Shown: positions 17,061-30,620, counted from the stretch's first letter. The stretch is DNA of 64,000 nt from Eledone cirrhosa (GCA_964016885.1 CAXHJY010001745.1:1-64000); one strand, 5' to 3'. A program made the numbers and translations. Notes: generated by a model from the letters alone, not told the origin.

Positions 17061-17143
17061 ATATACACTCTTCAGTCACGAGTATCCGATCTATGTCTTT
17101 TCTCTTCATATTATTTCTGCTGTGTTTGGCAGTGGATTGTAGG

Positions 17144-17326
17144 GCGGTGGATTGGCAGTATCGGAAGAGGGTCAGACGCCATGCTTTGATCTGCTTTGAT
17201 CATGCTTTATGATCTGAGTTCAAATCCCGCTGAGCTTAACTTTGCCTTTTATCCTTACGGGGTCGATAAAATAAAGTACCAGTAATAACTGATTTAATTG
17301 CTGGCCTTGTGCCAAAGGTAGAAACA
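17144..17326 (+). mobile_element. SINE family 1
   Basis: Same box A/B and core as 17967-18152. Confidence 0.85.
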
Positions 17327-17966
17327 AATATTTCTGCCGTGTTTTCCCTCCCAGGATGACCTTACTGACATCGCAGCAGTGACTGCTATTAACTTATTCC
17401 CCCCCCCCCCCCCAAAAAAAAAATTACTATAATTCAAATGGAACCCAATAACATATATTGGACAATATTTTCTGCCTTATGCAAATTTCAGCGTCTCCAA
17501 TAATCAAAACAAAGAGGGCGTTCTTGAATCATTCGCTCGTTCCCTTGTGAGCCCCAATCCACCTCCACAGCTTTGCGCAGGCGCAAATGTGAAGGAGGTC
17601 GACCATCTAACTACTACCCCAAAACACAACGAAACTAGCCTAGGCAAGTCCCCCTCCCACAACCAATCAATCAATCACCCCCATCCAGGCCGGTAAGATG
17701 ACTGTCATAGAGTTAGTACCAGCCACTAAGTTGTGGTTTACTGCTACTCGTTCTACCAGTGGCAGCCATTGCCAGTCACGTAAGTCTGATATTTGATTTC
17801 GGATTCAAAGAAACACTTTAAACATATAATCGTTTGATTTGTCCAGGTGTATTTTTCTCAACCTGTTAGTTCTATCATTACTTTGGTATATTATTGTGTG
17901 TTAGATTTTGCCTACCACAATGTTCGATTTCTCAAGCTATTGAAACGTATGTTATTACTCTAAGGA

Positions 17967-18152
17967 GGGTGGTGGATTGGCAGTATCGGTAGAGTGTCGG
18001 ACGCCATGCTTTCCAGCATAGTTACGTCCCTTTACGATTTGAGTTCAAATCCCGCCGAGGTTGACTTTGCCTTTCATCCTTACGGGGTCGATAAAATAAA
18101 GTACCAGTAATGCACTGGGTAATTTGCTGGCCTTGTGCCTAAAGTAGAAACA
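17967..18152 (+). mobile_element. SINE family 1, full length with 16-bp TSD
   Basis: TSD gttattactctaagga at 17951-17966 and 18153-18168. Confidence 0.92.
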
Positions 18153-18299
18153 GTTATTACTCTAAGGACCTAACTTATCGAGTGCTTTGCTAACTCATCA
18201 TTTCATATAAGTAGGCCGAATTTGCTTACAAACCGCCAGAGATTCGATTTTACTAAATTTCCAATTATATATATCTATCTAAGGCGCGTAAAATTCCCG

Positions 18300-18432
18300 A
18301 GATCCATGGGCGAGTTCTCTCCAGCGGTCTCTGTCCCTCATTATCGCTGCCATGTCCTGCGTCTCCAACATATATATAGGGAAAAGTATGACCCCGACGG
18401 CAGAGCTCAAGCCGTTTCGACGGCTATTTCTG
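18300..18432 (-). mobile_element. PLE pLTR fragment with HHR 3' half (family shared with 45518-45685)
   Basis: rc GAAA-CGGC ttgagctct GCCG-TC-GGGGTCATAC. Confidence 0.55.
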
Positions 18433-18729
18433 TATCGTATCAGCAAACTTATAGTTATAAGGTTGGTAATTTAAAACTCTAATTCAGAGATTTTATTCTG
18501 ACATAGTTTTTTTCTATTTAATTGCTAAACCTGTAGATATTGTTCTCTATACAGTAACAGTAAAACTCACTTGTAATAATTCTTTACACAAATTCTCACT
18601 GTGTAACACACTTCTCTTTGTGTAATATATTTGCATTTGAGCTCAGAAGAAAATTCTCTATTCTTCTTTGAGCTAATACTATTATTATTATTACTGTGAA
18701 CTGCGGAATACTCTTAATTCCGATCTATG

Positions 18730-18831
<102 letters not shown>

Positions 18832-18834
18832 AAT

Positions 18835-18869
<35 letters not shown>

Positions 18870-18962
18870 AATATATAACTTTGAATAACTTTGAAATGTT
18901 TTGGCCAGTATTGGCCCAGGCCATGTCTAACTTAATAGCACCACCTGGCGAAGTCTTTCAAT

Positions 18963-21900
18963 TCAGGATTTGGGCACCATGGCCCATTCGAGAAGAGAAT
19001 TACTGTTTGCGGAGACATATCCGGGTGTGGGTGGTTTGTCCGGGATTACTTGGAGGAATTTGTCCAAAGACTTCTTGAATTTTGTGTGGTCAGTTTCTGT
19101 TTTGACGTGTCCTGGTGTGATGTTGAAGAGAGCAGGGCCGATTGAGGTGAAATAATTGTGCCGTATTGTTGTTATGAGTTGCGATTTAGATTTTTGAATG
19201 GGACGGATAGCACGGGGCCCAAGCCTTGGGTGTATCTTGAAGGCGATGCCAACATCATTTGGGCAGTGCTGATGGAACATTTTCCACATCATGCAAATAA
19301 TATAACGCTCACGGCGACGTTGGAGTGAGTAAAGTTTCAGGTTTTCTAATCGACCCCAGTAGTCAAGGTCTGACATGCCATCTATCTTTTTCGTGATTGC
19401 CCTTTGAGGAGCTTCAAGTTTCATGATACTTTGTTTCGTGTGGGGAGACCACAGTGGACAACAGTATTCAAGGTGTGGTCGGGCGAAAGTAGAGAAGAGA
19501 AGGATAATGGTGCGGGAATCTCTCGACTGGAAGGTTCTGAGGATCCAGGAACACATTCTGCGGGCCATGTCAACTTTGCTGCTTATATGCGTGGTCCAGC
19601 TTATGTTGCTGTCCACGGTTACTCCCAAGTCTCTGATGTTGTTAGATGCCACGAGAGTTTCCCCGGAGGGAAGGGAGTACGGGAGTTTCAGAGCATCCTC
19701 TTTTCCAAAGTGGATCAGTTCGAATTTGTCTTCGTTCAGTAACATGTTGTTCTTTTCTGCCCATTGGGTAACAGCCAGTAGGTCTGACTGAAGGCTTATC
19801 CGGTCATCCACGCCATTGATGACCTTTTGGAGCTTGGAATCATCAGCGAAAATTTTAATGTTGCTGTGTTTGATGATGTCAGTGATGTCATTAATATAGA
19901 TGATGAAGAGAAGTGGGCCCAACACAGTGCCTTGTGGGACCCCACTACTGACTTTGGCTGGGCTTGATTTGACTCCCTCAACTACAACATGTTGGGTTCT
20001 GTTTGACAGGAAGCTCTTGATCCACTGCAGCAGCTTTCCAGTGACACCAATAGTGGACAGCTTTCGCAGTAGAATGTTATGATCAACCCTGTCAAAGGCC
20101 TTGCTGAAATCAAGGTAGATAACATCAGTGTTGGAACCCTCTCCCAAGGCTCTCAAAATGTCATCAAAGTGATGCAGTAGCTGCGTCAGGCAATCCCTTC
20201 CATTACGGAATCCATGCTGGTTGGAGTTCAGCATATTGTTACTCTCAAGGAAGTGGGTCATTCGCGATCTCACCACTCGCTCAAATACCTTAATGATATG
20301 AGAGGTGAGTGAGATTGGACGGTAATTCACGGCAAGGGATTTGTTTCCCTTTTTGAAAACTGGGACAACAGACTGGGATAGAAGGTTTTCTGGCACATAT
20401 CCAGCATCCAGTGAGTTCCGCCACAGATTGGCAAGAGGAGATGCAAGTTGGTGTTGACACGCCTTCAAGACACAAGCAGGGAACCTATCGGGACCTACTG
20501 CTGAATTATGCTTGATTTCCTTTATTGCCGCCAAGACATCAGGGGCGCCAAACGTTATGTCCGATAAGGTGTAATGGGGAGTAACATCGCCGATACAGCC
20601 CAGATCGGCCATATAAGGATTGCTGAAAACAGAGCAGTATTGTTTCTGCAGTATCTCACCCATGGTTTTAGCATTGTCTTGAAGAGTGCCATTTTCATCA
20701 ATTAGAGGGCCAACAGTAGAGCCAGTGATTTTGTGTTTTTTTGCAAATGAAAAGAACACTTTGGGATTGAGTTTGATCTTCTCAATGGCCCAGGCCTCTT
20801 CAGCTCTTCTCTGATTGTTGATGAGGGACATTATGTTGTTTTGGAGGTTATGTTTTTTAATCTCTAGTGATGAAATGGCAGTCAAGTTGATGTGTTGCTG
20901 CTGACAGTATTTCAGCTTGTTGATTTTTTTGTTCGTTCTCTTAATTTTTCTGATGAGCGTTTTTCTATTTCTAGGGATTCTGCTCTTAGATTTGTTTATA
21001 GTTCTTAATGGGGTGTGTTTAGCACATATGTTTGTAACAGTGTCCACAAATGTCTGCCAGGACTTTTTGATGTTAGTGGGTGTATGAGTGTGCGTGAAGG
21101 ACCAGTCGACATGTGCAAGATCATGACTGATCGCTTCCCAGTTTGCATTGTGGAAATCCATAGCGTCAAACGGATGGACAGGAGAGATGACATTGGGTTT
21201 GTATATTGGACGGTGGAATCTCAGATCACAGAGAACCATGTCATGATCAGAGAGTAGAGTTTTCTCCACTGCAATATTGTGGATATTGTCAGTGTGATTG
21301 CTGAAAATTAAGTCTAGGACGTTTTTGTGGCACCTCGTTGGTTCGAGCACCAGTTGGGATAGGAAGAAATCATCCATGAAGTCAAGAAGCGATTCCACAG
21401 CTTCCCTGTCAGAGGTTGAGGCAGAAGAACCTGGTGGCAGGCTGTTTGTGGACCAGTCAACTCCGGGGAGGTTGAAGTCCCCCATCATTAGGATGTTGTC
21501 AGGGTGACACTCTTGGATGAAACACTTTATGCTGTTGAGGCATTCCTTGAAGCATGGTACAGGCGTTTGGGGTGGCCTATAGAGCCCAACTACTAATAGG
21601 TTGTTGGTTTGACTGAATACAGTGACTGCTTCACAGTATCCATTAGTGAATATGTTCATAGCCTCTGTTGAGAAAGAATTATGGACATAAATGGCAGTTC
21701 CGTCCTTTCTTCTGCCAGCGCGATCAGCACGGATGGCTTTGAAATTTTTCACTTTCACCTCGGCTTCCAAGTGGAGGTTACTGAGATGGGTTTCAGTGAG
21801 GACGAAGAAAGGGATGTGGTTTGGATGGACATCAATCCAGTCCTCCAGGAATTTGATCTTCCATTTTTGAGTATTGGTGGAAGGGCTGATGCCTTGGGCG

Positions 21901-22100
21901 TTAAGCAAAAATGTAGAGGCGAGAGTGGATGGTTTTAATTGTTTTGGTATGTTGTTAATTTGTTTGTTTGTTAATGGCAGCAATGGGAGTTTGTGCAGTG
22001 GGGTGATAGTGGAGGGTGGTGCTGGGTGATAGCTCGAATGTTTTTTTCCAGTTCTTTTGCCAGATTCATTATGGCTAAAAAAGAGGAAGAAGTTTCCTGT
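18963..22100 (-). CDS. LINE ORF2: APE endonuclease + reverse transcriptase (frame open from 22100; track starts it at TTG 21983)
   Basis: LTETHL, GLYRPP, GDFNLP, LDLIF, SDH (APE); NYRPISLTS, YLDFSKAFD, GVPQGTVLGPLLF, FADD (RT); RPHLEYCCPLWSP, LYSLQRRRER (CR1-group C-terminus); no stops. Confidence 0.95.
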   Translation of the reverse strand, partial: TGNFFLFFSHNESGKRTGKKHSSYHPAPPSTITPLHKLPLLPLTNKQINNIPKQLKPSTLASTFLLNAQGISPSTNTQKWKIKFLEDWIDVHPNHIPFFVLTETHLSNLHLEAEVKVKNFKAIRADRAGRRKDGTAIYVHNSFSTEAMNIFTNGYCEAVTVFSQTNNLLVVGLYRPPQTPVPCFKECLNSIKCFIQECHPDNILMMGDFNLPGVDWSTNSLPPGSSASTSDREAVESLLDFMDDFFLSQLVLEPTRCHKNVLDLIFSNHTDNIHNIAVEKTLLSDHDMVLCDLRFHRPIYKPNVISPVHPFDAMDFHNANWEAISHDLAHVDWSFTHTHTPTNIKKSWQTFVDTVTNICAKHTPLRTINKSKSRIPRNRKTLIRKIKRTNKKINKLKYCQQQHINLTAISSLEIKKHNLQNNIMSLINNQRRAEEAWAIEKIKLNPKVFFSFAKKHKITGSTVGPLIDENGTLQDNAKTMGEILQKQYCSVFSNPYMADLGCIGDVTPHYTLSDITFGAPDVLAAIKEIKHNSAVGPDRFPACVLKACQHQLASPLANLWRNSLDAGYVPENLLSQSVVPVFKKGNKSLAVNYRPISLTSHIIKVFERVVRSRMTHFLESNNMLNSNQHGFRNGRDCLTQLLHHFDDILRALGEGSNTDVIYLDFSKAFDRVDHNILLRKLSTIGVTGKLLQWIKSFLSNRTQHVVVEGVKSSPAKVSSGVPQGTVLGPLLFIIYINDITDIIKHSNIKIFADDSKLQKVINGVDDRISLQSDLLAVTQWAEKNNMLLNEDKFELIHFGKEDALKLPYSLPSGETLVASNNIRDLGVTVDSNISWTTHISSKVDMARRMCSWILRTFQSRDSRTIILLFSTFARPHLEYCCPLWSPHTKQSIMKLEAPQRAITKKIDGMSDLDYWGRLENLKLYSLQRRRERYIICMMWKMFHQHCPNDVGIAFKIHPRLGPRAIRPIQKSKSQLITTIRHNYFTSIGPALFNITPGHVKTETDHTKFKKSLDKFLQVIPDKPPTPGYVSANSNSLLEWAMVPKS

Positions 22101-23135
22101 TTAGAAGACTGTTGGTGACTGTGGTAGTGGTTATTTTTATGTAGGTTATGGTTTTTGTTTTTGCTTTTATTTTTAATTTTATTTTCATTTGTCCGACGGG
22201 TCCCCGGGAGATGGGTAAAGGGACAATCCCGGTCTAAACACAATCTGTCTCGCAGGGAAAAACGGCAGATTTGTGGATTCCTTGTTTGAGTTATTGGTGG
22301 TTGTGTTGGTGTTAAATTAGAGTATGTATTATGGTGGTGGCTGTTTGTTGGGATAGATCGTTTTGTCCTAGGTAAATGGGTGAATTTGCAGCCACTATCC
22401 GTACATATTCTATAGCGTAGAGAGTAGCGGCAAATGATGGGGTTTCGAGTGGGTGGGTATGTGGGTGTGTGTGTTGTGAGAGGTGTAGATGATGGTTTGG
22501 GTAGGATTTGACGACCTTTGTGGACTGTGGGAGGGAGAGTTCTTGTTCTGGTATTAGAAGGTAAATTCCTTGACATAGCAGTAGACAAAAATGTTGTAGT
22601 AGTAGTAGTAGTAGTAGTAGGCAGAGATGGAGATGTTGGCAGTGGTGATGATTGGACTGCTGGGCCAGAGAAAGGATGTGGCGTTTCATGCTGTGAGACA
22701 GAGGCTACTGGGGGGTCAATAGTTTCATTTAGTAGATCGGCCATTGTTGATGAATCAAGGAGTGGTTCACACTGTTGTTGTCGTTGTTGTTGTTGTTGTT
22801 GCTGTTGTTGTTGTAGCTGTTGTTGTTGTTGCTGTTGTAGCTGCTGTTGTTGTTGTTGCTGCTGCTGGACAGCATTCGAAGAGAAAACACACCGTAGTTT
22901 ATCCAAATGTTTATTGATTAATTTAAAAGCAATTTCGATTTGCTTTAATTTATTTTAATTTATTTTGAATCTGTTGTTCAGATCGAGTTTTCAAAAATTG
23001 AACTGTACGTTTAGCAATGTCGTTCAGAGATGAAGCATGTATGTCTTCTGTTTGGGAAAGGCAATGCCATGTGTTTATTAGAATGTCGATTTCATTATCA
23101 GACCAGTTCTGTTTGGATTTTTGCTGGTTAGCCAT
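21971..23135 (-). pseudogene. LINE ORF1 (Myb/SANT-like N-terminus, polyQ, two CCCH zinc fingers), frameshifted by a 10-bp duplication
   Basis: NWSDNEIDILINTW...QIQNKLK; ICRYSLRYRICTDSGCKFTH and ICRFSLRDRLCLDRDCPFTH; removing one taatttattt copy (22946-22965) joins the two track ORFs into ~384 aa. Confidence 0.85.
22076..22082 (-). promoter_or_regulatory. Candidate -1 ribosomal frameshift slippery site U_UUU_UUA
   Basis: TCT TTT TTA in the ORF1 frame; the -1 frame is ORF2 and opens after a stop at 22101-22103. Confidence 0.65.
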
Positions 23136-23549
23136 TCTAGTTTTGAGTGTGTGTGTGTTTTAGTTAAGTATTTAAATATATATATATTTTTTTTTAAATT
23201 TATTTTTGATTTATTTTTGTTTTTTGTTTTTCTTGTGTGTGAGTGAGAAGAGTATATATATAAATATGAGTATATATATATATATGTATATTCTGGTTAT
23301 TTGAAATTAATTAAGTTAATGAAAAGACGAAAGTATATAATAATAATTTGTAGTTAAAGGAAAATGTACTCACAAGTTCGAAAACACGTGGTTTCAAATA
23401 TATAATAATATAGATGTATGTAAATGTATTAACCGGTCAATTTTTGTTTGTTTGGTTTTGTTTTGTGGTTTTGTTTTGTGGCTGTGTGACTTGCTGCTTA
23501 CTCGGGGAGAGAAGTAAAAACACGTCCTTATACTTCAACTGCTCAACTG

Positions 23550-23584
<35 letters not shown>

Positions 23585-23607
23585 TATTTATATAAATATA
23601 AATAGAT

Positions 23608-23884
23608 ATTAGAAATTATAAGCTTTCACCGTATTTTAGACTAAATACATTTCTAGCCTGATAGTGGGGTTTATAACCCTCGGAGAAATGGAAAAAGATG
23701 AGTGTTGCTGTACATGGGAGCAACACTCATCTTTTTCCATTTCTCCGAGGGTTATAAACCCCACTATCAGGCTAGAAATTTATTTAGTCTAAAATACGGT
23801 GAAAGCTTATAATTTCTAATTTCAAACTCCTCGCGCACCGTTTCAAAAACATACTTACATGTTTACGTTTATAATTTGCTTGTT
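23608..23884. mobile_element. Hairpin insert (102-bp arms 23608-23709/23719-23820) + tail in (TA)n
   Basis: Near-perfect inverted repeat with a one-sided tail 23821-23884. Confidence 0.8.
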
Positions 23885-24001
<117 letters not shown>

Positions 24002-24057
24002 AATATATATATATATAAATATATATATATAAATATATATATATATAAATATATATC

Positions 24058-25436
<1,379 letters not shown>

Positions 25437-25440
25437 TGGC

Positions 25441-26683
25441 TATACAATGGCTACAACGAAAGAGACAGAATCAGAGTATACGAAGGAGCCACGGAGAAGT
25501 ATAAGACCCTCATAGAACTGGGCATAGAAGGAATTTGCCCATTATACAGGAGCAAATCATGGAATAGCTTAGATAGGACTAGACATAAGATAGGGAAAGC
25601 CACCTCATGGTACGACAACCAGAGATACCAGAGTGCCATGTTTGTGGACGCTACCCCTGGAGGGAAATTAGCTAACCAGTGTAGAAAGGCCCTGAGAAAG
25701 ACCCACTTAAAGATTAAGGTGGTAGAAAAGCCAGGATCCACCATAAAATCCCTGATCAGCAAAACCTACCCTTTTAAGAAAACCCACTGTACTAATAGGA
25801 AATTTGTTATATGTAAAGTAAACCCCCGGATAAACTGTAAAATTAGAAACGTAGCCTATAGCATAAGATGTACAGAGGGTACTTGCAGAAACATGACAAC
25901 AACATACAAAAGCGAGACAGTTCGTAGCATAGGTGAAAGGATAGACCAACACTGGGGGAACTAAAAGGTCGAAAAAATGGTTCAGTACTATACGAACATG
26001 CCAGACAACAACACGACGGTAACATAGACAACATAGAAATTAGAATAATATCTAAACATAGAAATGACCCAGCAGATAGAGAAATCAGAGAGGCCAGCGA
26101 AATAGAACTTAGAAGGCCAAGGCTAAACAGAAAAAATGAATGGAATAACAACACCCAAACAAACAACACTGACCTAAGAGAAGTATAAATAAATAAATAA
26201 ATACATACACAAGCACAATAACAACAGACACATATAAACACACACTAGTAAATTAAGATAGAATACATTAATCAATACAGTCACCCAAACAAGAACAAAC
26301 ATCAAGCAAAACACTATACACACACGCAAACGCATGCGCAGAGAGGACAAAAAAATAAATAAACAAATAAATAAATAAATAAACAGACTAAATAAAGATG
26401 GCGTAGGCATACAATGCAACGAGAGGAAACATAATAGCACCACTGACGATGTTGCAGATGTGCAACGAAAGAATTTTGTTAGACTATATATATATGTGTT
26501 TGTGTCTATATTATATCTGTATTTTTGACCGTTGGTCAGTCAATGGTAATATTGAGGACCGAATAAATTAAATTAACCGATATAAAAGACACAGAAGCGA
26601 AAACCAACAAAATAGTGAGTGTGTTCTGTTATTAATTCTGGCAATATTATTACACAAATATGACCCTCCCCAAGTATAACAAT
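25441..26683 (+). mobile_element. PLE family B 3' part (thumb/linker + GIY-YIG, Naiad-like) + pLTR
   Basis: GYNERDR...CPLYRSKSW...MFVDATPGG...KVVEKPG...CKIRNVAYSIRC...ETVRSIGERIDQH; frameshift at ~25960; then SVLYEH...EIREASEI...LNRKNEW, stop at ~26188. Confidence 0.88.
26436..26483 (+). ncRNA. Hammerhead-like motif of family B (copies at ~14175-14220 -, 28840-28890 +, 29233-29282 -)
   Basis: CCA-CTGACGA-T-GTTGCA gatg TGCAAC-GAAA-GAATTT; stem I/III weak. Confidence 0.6.
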
Positions 26684-27395
<712 letters not shown>

Positions 27396-27594
27396 TAAGT
27401 ATGTATACGTACATACATATATGTATACAGACGTACAGTAGTATGTATATATACATACATGCACACATATATATGTACGTATGGATTCCCCAAACATTTA
27501 TTATAATGCTCGGTGTGTTTGTAAACAAACATCCCGTATTAAGCCGTAATGTCTAGCAACCACTGTTGCTCGTTTGTTCAACATTGACAAAGAA

Positions 27595-27637
27595 ACGCTG
27601 TACTAGTTTCAAGTTTGTTAGCTATCGTCAGCAACGT
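27595..27637 (-). ncRNA. Minimal hammerhead ribozyme (tandem copy 1)
   Basis: rc ACGTTG-CTGACGA-...-GAAA-CTAG-TA-CAGCGT; stem II decayed. Confidence 0.65.
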
Positions 27638-27808
27638 ATACCTAACCCACTCAAGATGCAAATTGGGCTACTCAGCCGTTAATATGTTAAGGAAAGTATA
27701 TACTTTCGGACGTTCAACTATCTGGCAGGAAGGTATACAAACAGCCCGAATTACGCCGTACAGTGTTTAGGCAACCACGTCACTTTTTTGTTCGACACTG
27801 ACACAGGA

Positions 27809-27851
27809 ACGATGTACTAGTTTCCAGCTTATTAGCTATCGTCAGCATCGT
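27809..27851 (-). ncRNA. Minimal type I hammerhead ribozyme (tandem copy 2, intact)
   Basis: rc ACGATG-CTGACGA-TAGCT aata AGCTG-GAAA-CTAG-TA-CATCGT. Confidence 0.88.
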
Positions 27852-28291
27852 ATACCTTCCTCCCAGATGGTTGAACATCTGAAAGTATATAATTTCCTTA
27901 TGCATATTAACGGTTGAGCAGCCTAATTTGCATATCGAGTGAGTTCAGTCGGCCAGGCACACCGAAAACGATAAATGGAATAGAATGAAACGAAATTTCA
28001 TTTCTCACTCTTAGTACGGCACTTACTTAAATGTAAGTATGTATGTATACGTACATACATATATGTATACAGACGTACAGTAGTATGTATATATATACAT
28101 ACATGCACACATATATACATGCACGTATCGGTTTACCGAACATTTATTATAATGCTCGGTTTGTTTGTTTGTAAACAAACAAACAGCCCGAATTACGCCG
28201 TACAGTGTTTAGGGAACCACGTCACCTTTTTGTTCAACACTGACACAGGAACGATGTACTAGTTTCCAGCTTATTTAGCTATATATATATA

Positions 28292-28407
<116 letters not shown>

Positions 28408-28432
28408 AATATATATATAAATATATATAAAT

Positions 28433-28465
<33 letters not shown>

Positions 28466-28490
28466 AATAAATATATATATATATATATAT

Positions 28491-28935
28491 ATAGAACTTA
28501 GAAGACCAAGACTAAACAGAAAGAATGAATGGAATAACAACAACACCCAAACAACACTGACCTAAGAGAAGTATAAATAAGTAAATAAAATAAAATAAAA
28601 TAAAATAAATAAATAAATACATACATACACAAGCACAATAACAACAAACACATAAACACACATTAGTCACCCAATCACGAACACACATCACACATCAAAC
28701 AAAACACTATACACACACGCAAACGCATGCGCAAAGAAGACAAAATAAAAGAAACAAACAAGCAAATAAATAAATAAATAAATATATAGACCGACTGAAT
28801 AAAAATGGCGTAGCCATACAATTCAACAGGAGGAAACAATAGCACCACTGACAATGTTGCAGATGTGCAACGAAAGATTTATGATAAACTATATATATGT
28901 GTTTGTGTCTATATTGTATCTGTATTATTTTGATA
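28491..28935 (+). mobile_element. PLE family B 3' fragment
   Basis: Homologous to 26102-26530. Confidence 0.8.
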
Positions 28936-28969
28936 TATAGATATATATATATATATAAAATATATATAT

Positions 28970-29745
28970 AACGGCGATGAATTAGTTTTGCTAGGTTTTT
29001 GATATGAAATCGTGTGTCGAAACAAATATTGTTATACTTGGGGAGTGTCATATTTGTGTAATAATATTGCCAGAATTAATAACAGAACACACTCACTGTT
29101 TGGTTGGTTTTCGCTTTTCGCTTCTGTGTCTTTTATATCGGTAATCTAATTTATTCGGTCCTCAATGTTGCCATTGACTGACCAACGGTCAAAAATACAG
29201 ATACAATATAGAGACAAACACATATATATAGTTTATCAAAGTTCTTTCGTTGCACATTTGCAACATCGTCAGTGGTGCTATTGTTTCCTCCCGTTGCATT
29301 GTATTTTCTACGCCATCTTTATTTAGTCTGTTTATATATTTATTTATTTTTTTATTTTATTTTGTCTTCTTTGCGCATGCGTTTGCGTGTTTGTATAGTG
29401 TTTTGTTTGATGTGTGTTCGTGATTGGGTGGCTGTGTATTGGTTAATGTATTCTATCTTTACTAGTGTGTGTTTATATGTGTTTGTTGTTATTGTGCTTG
29501 TGTATGTATTTATTTATTTATCTATTTATTTATTTATCTACACTTCTCTTAGGTCAGTGTTGTTTGTTTGGGTGTTGTTGTTATATAATCCATGTTTTCT
29601 GTTTAGCCTTGGCCTTCTAAGTTCTATTTCACTGGCCTCTCTGATTTGCCTATCTGCTGGATCATTTCTATGTTTAGATATTATTCTAATTTCTATGTTG
29701 TCTATGTTACCGTCGTGTTGTTGTCTGGCATGTTCGTATAGTACT
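28970..29745 (-). mobile_element. PLE family B 3' fragment including tail, with short 5' inversion (29743-29810)
   Basis: rc of 25985-26683 plus tail ttgtttcgacacacgatttcatatcaaaaacc. Confidence 0.82.
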
Positions 29746-29811
29746 GACCTAAGGGAAGTATAAATAAATAAATAAATAGATAAATAAATAAATACATAAA
29801 TAAATAAATAA

Positions 29812-30232
29812 CAAGTGCAACCAATACTATATAGGTAGCACAATCAGGCCGTTGCACATCCGGATCAAGGAACACACTAAAACCAGGGCCTCATCTTTCT
29901 GGAAACACATAGCCAAATGCGGAAACAAAGACGGAAGGCCCATTGTCACAATTCTAGCGACAGAAAGAAACGTCGGCACGTTACGTATCAAGGAAGCACT
30001 TTGGATCAAACGCCTTGCGCCACAATTAAACAACCGATCCGAGAGAAGTGGTTGGTTTAAGTTAACAAACGATGTAGCAACATACGCACACACACACACA
30101 AGCGAGACAGCAACACACGCACACGCACACACACACACACAGTAGCACTCCACCATACGAACATACTACACTGCCAATACAGAGGAACAAGGCAACAACA
30201 CACGCACACACACACTCAAGAGAGACAACAAC

Positions 30233-30278
<46 letters not shown>

Positions 30279-30620
30279 CAACATTCAACAAACAGGCAGA
30301 GAATGGACTGACAGCTAGCGCCACCCCACTCCCACAATTGAAAGAACTTCGGCCGCTGACCTCTGCCTGACCGACCCCATTTCACGCGCACGCGCGCTCT
30401 GCTTAATACCTCAGATATTCAAAACAACGAACAGCGGAGGACACGTTTCGCACCTTTCCGACAGACAACCTTTCCCCCACCCCGGAAAAAACCCCCAGTT
30501 GATGGATGTGAATCCGAAATATATAGGGAGAATTAAATCTCTCCCAAGGTAACTCTTTCTCGTGTTGTTATTTTTATTTTTATCCTTTACGCTCTTTCCT
30601 TCATTCCTCTACACGTCTTA
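29812..30620 (+). mobile_element. PLE family C 3' fragment (GIY-YIG C-terminus + pLTR)
   Basis: YYIGSTIRPLHIRIKEH...SSFWKHIAKC...LRIKEALWIKRLAPQLNNRSE; decayed HHR CCC-CAGTTGA-T-GGAT gtga ATCC-GAAA-TATA-TA-GGG at 30493-30528. Confidence 0.85.

Larger units (their letters stand above)
18877..23550 (-). mobile_element. Full-length CR1-group LINE inserted in (TA)n
   Basis: 5'UTR + ORF1 + ORF2 + short 3'UTR ending in tandem ttcaaagtta; (TA)n on both flanks. Confidence 0.93.
27396..28280 (-). mobile_element. Rearranged non-coding PLE/retrozyme-like unit with tandem hammerheads
   Basis: Repeats 27396-27640 / 27735-27856 / 28035-28280; inverted block 27645-27737 versus 27850-27945. Confidence 0.7.

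Noticed and set aside
19404-21938. Plus-strand ORFs within the LINE
   Set aside because: Antisense shadows of ORF2 with no recognisable motifs.
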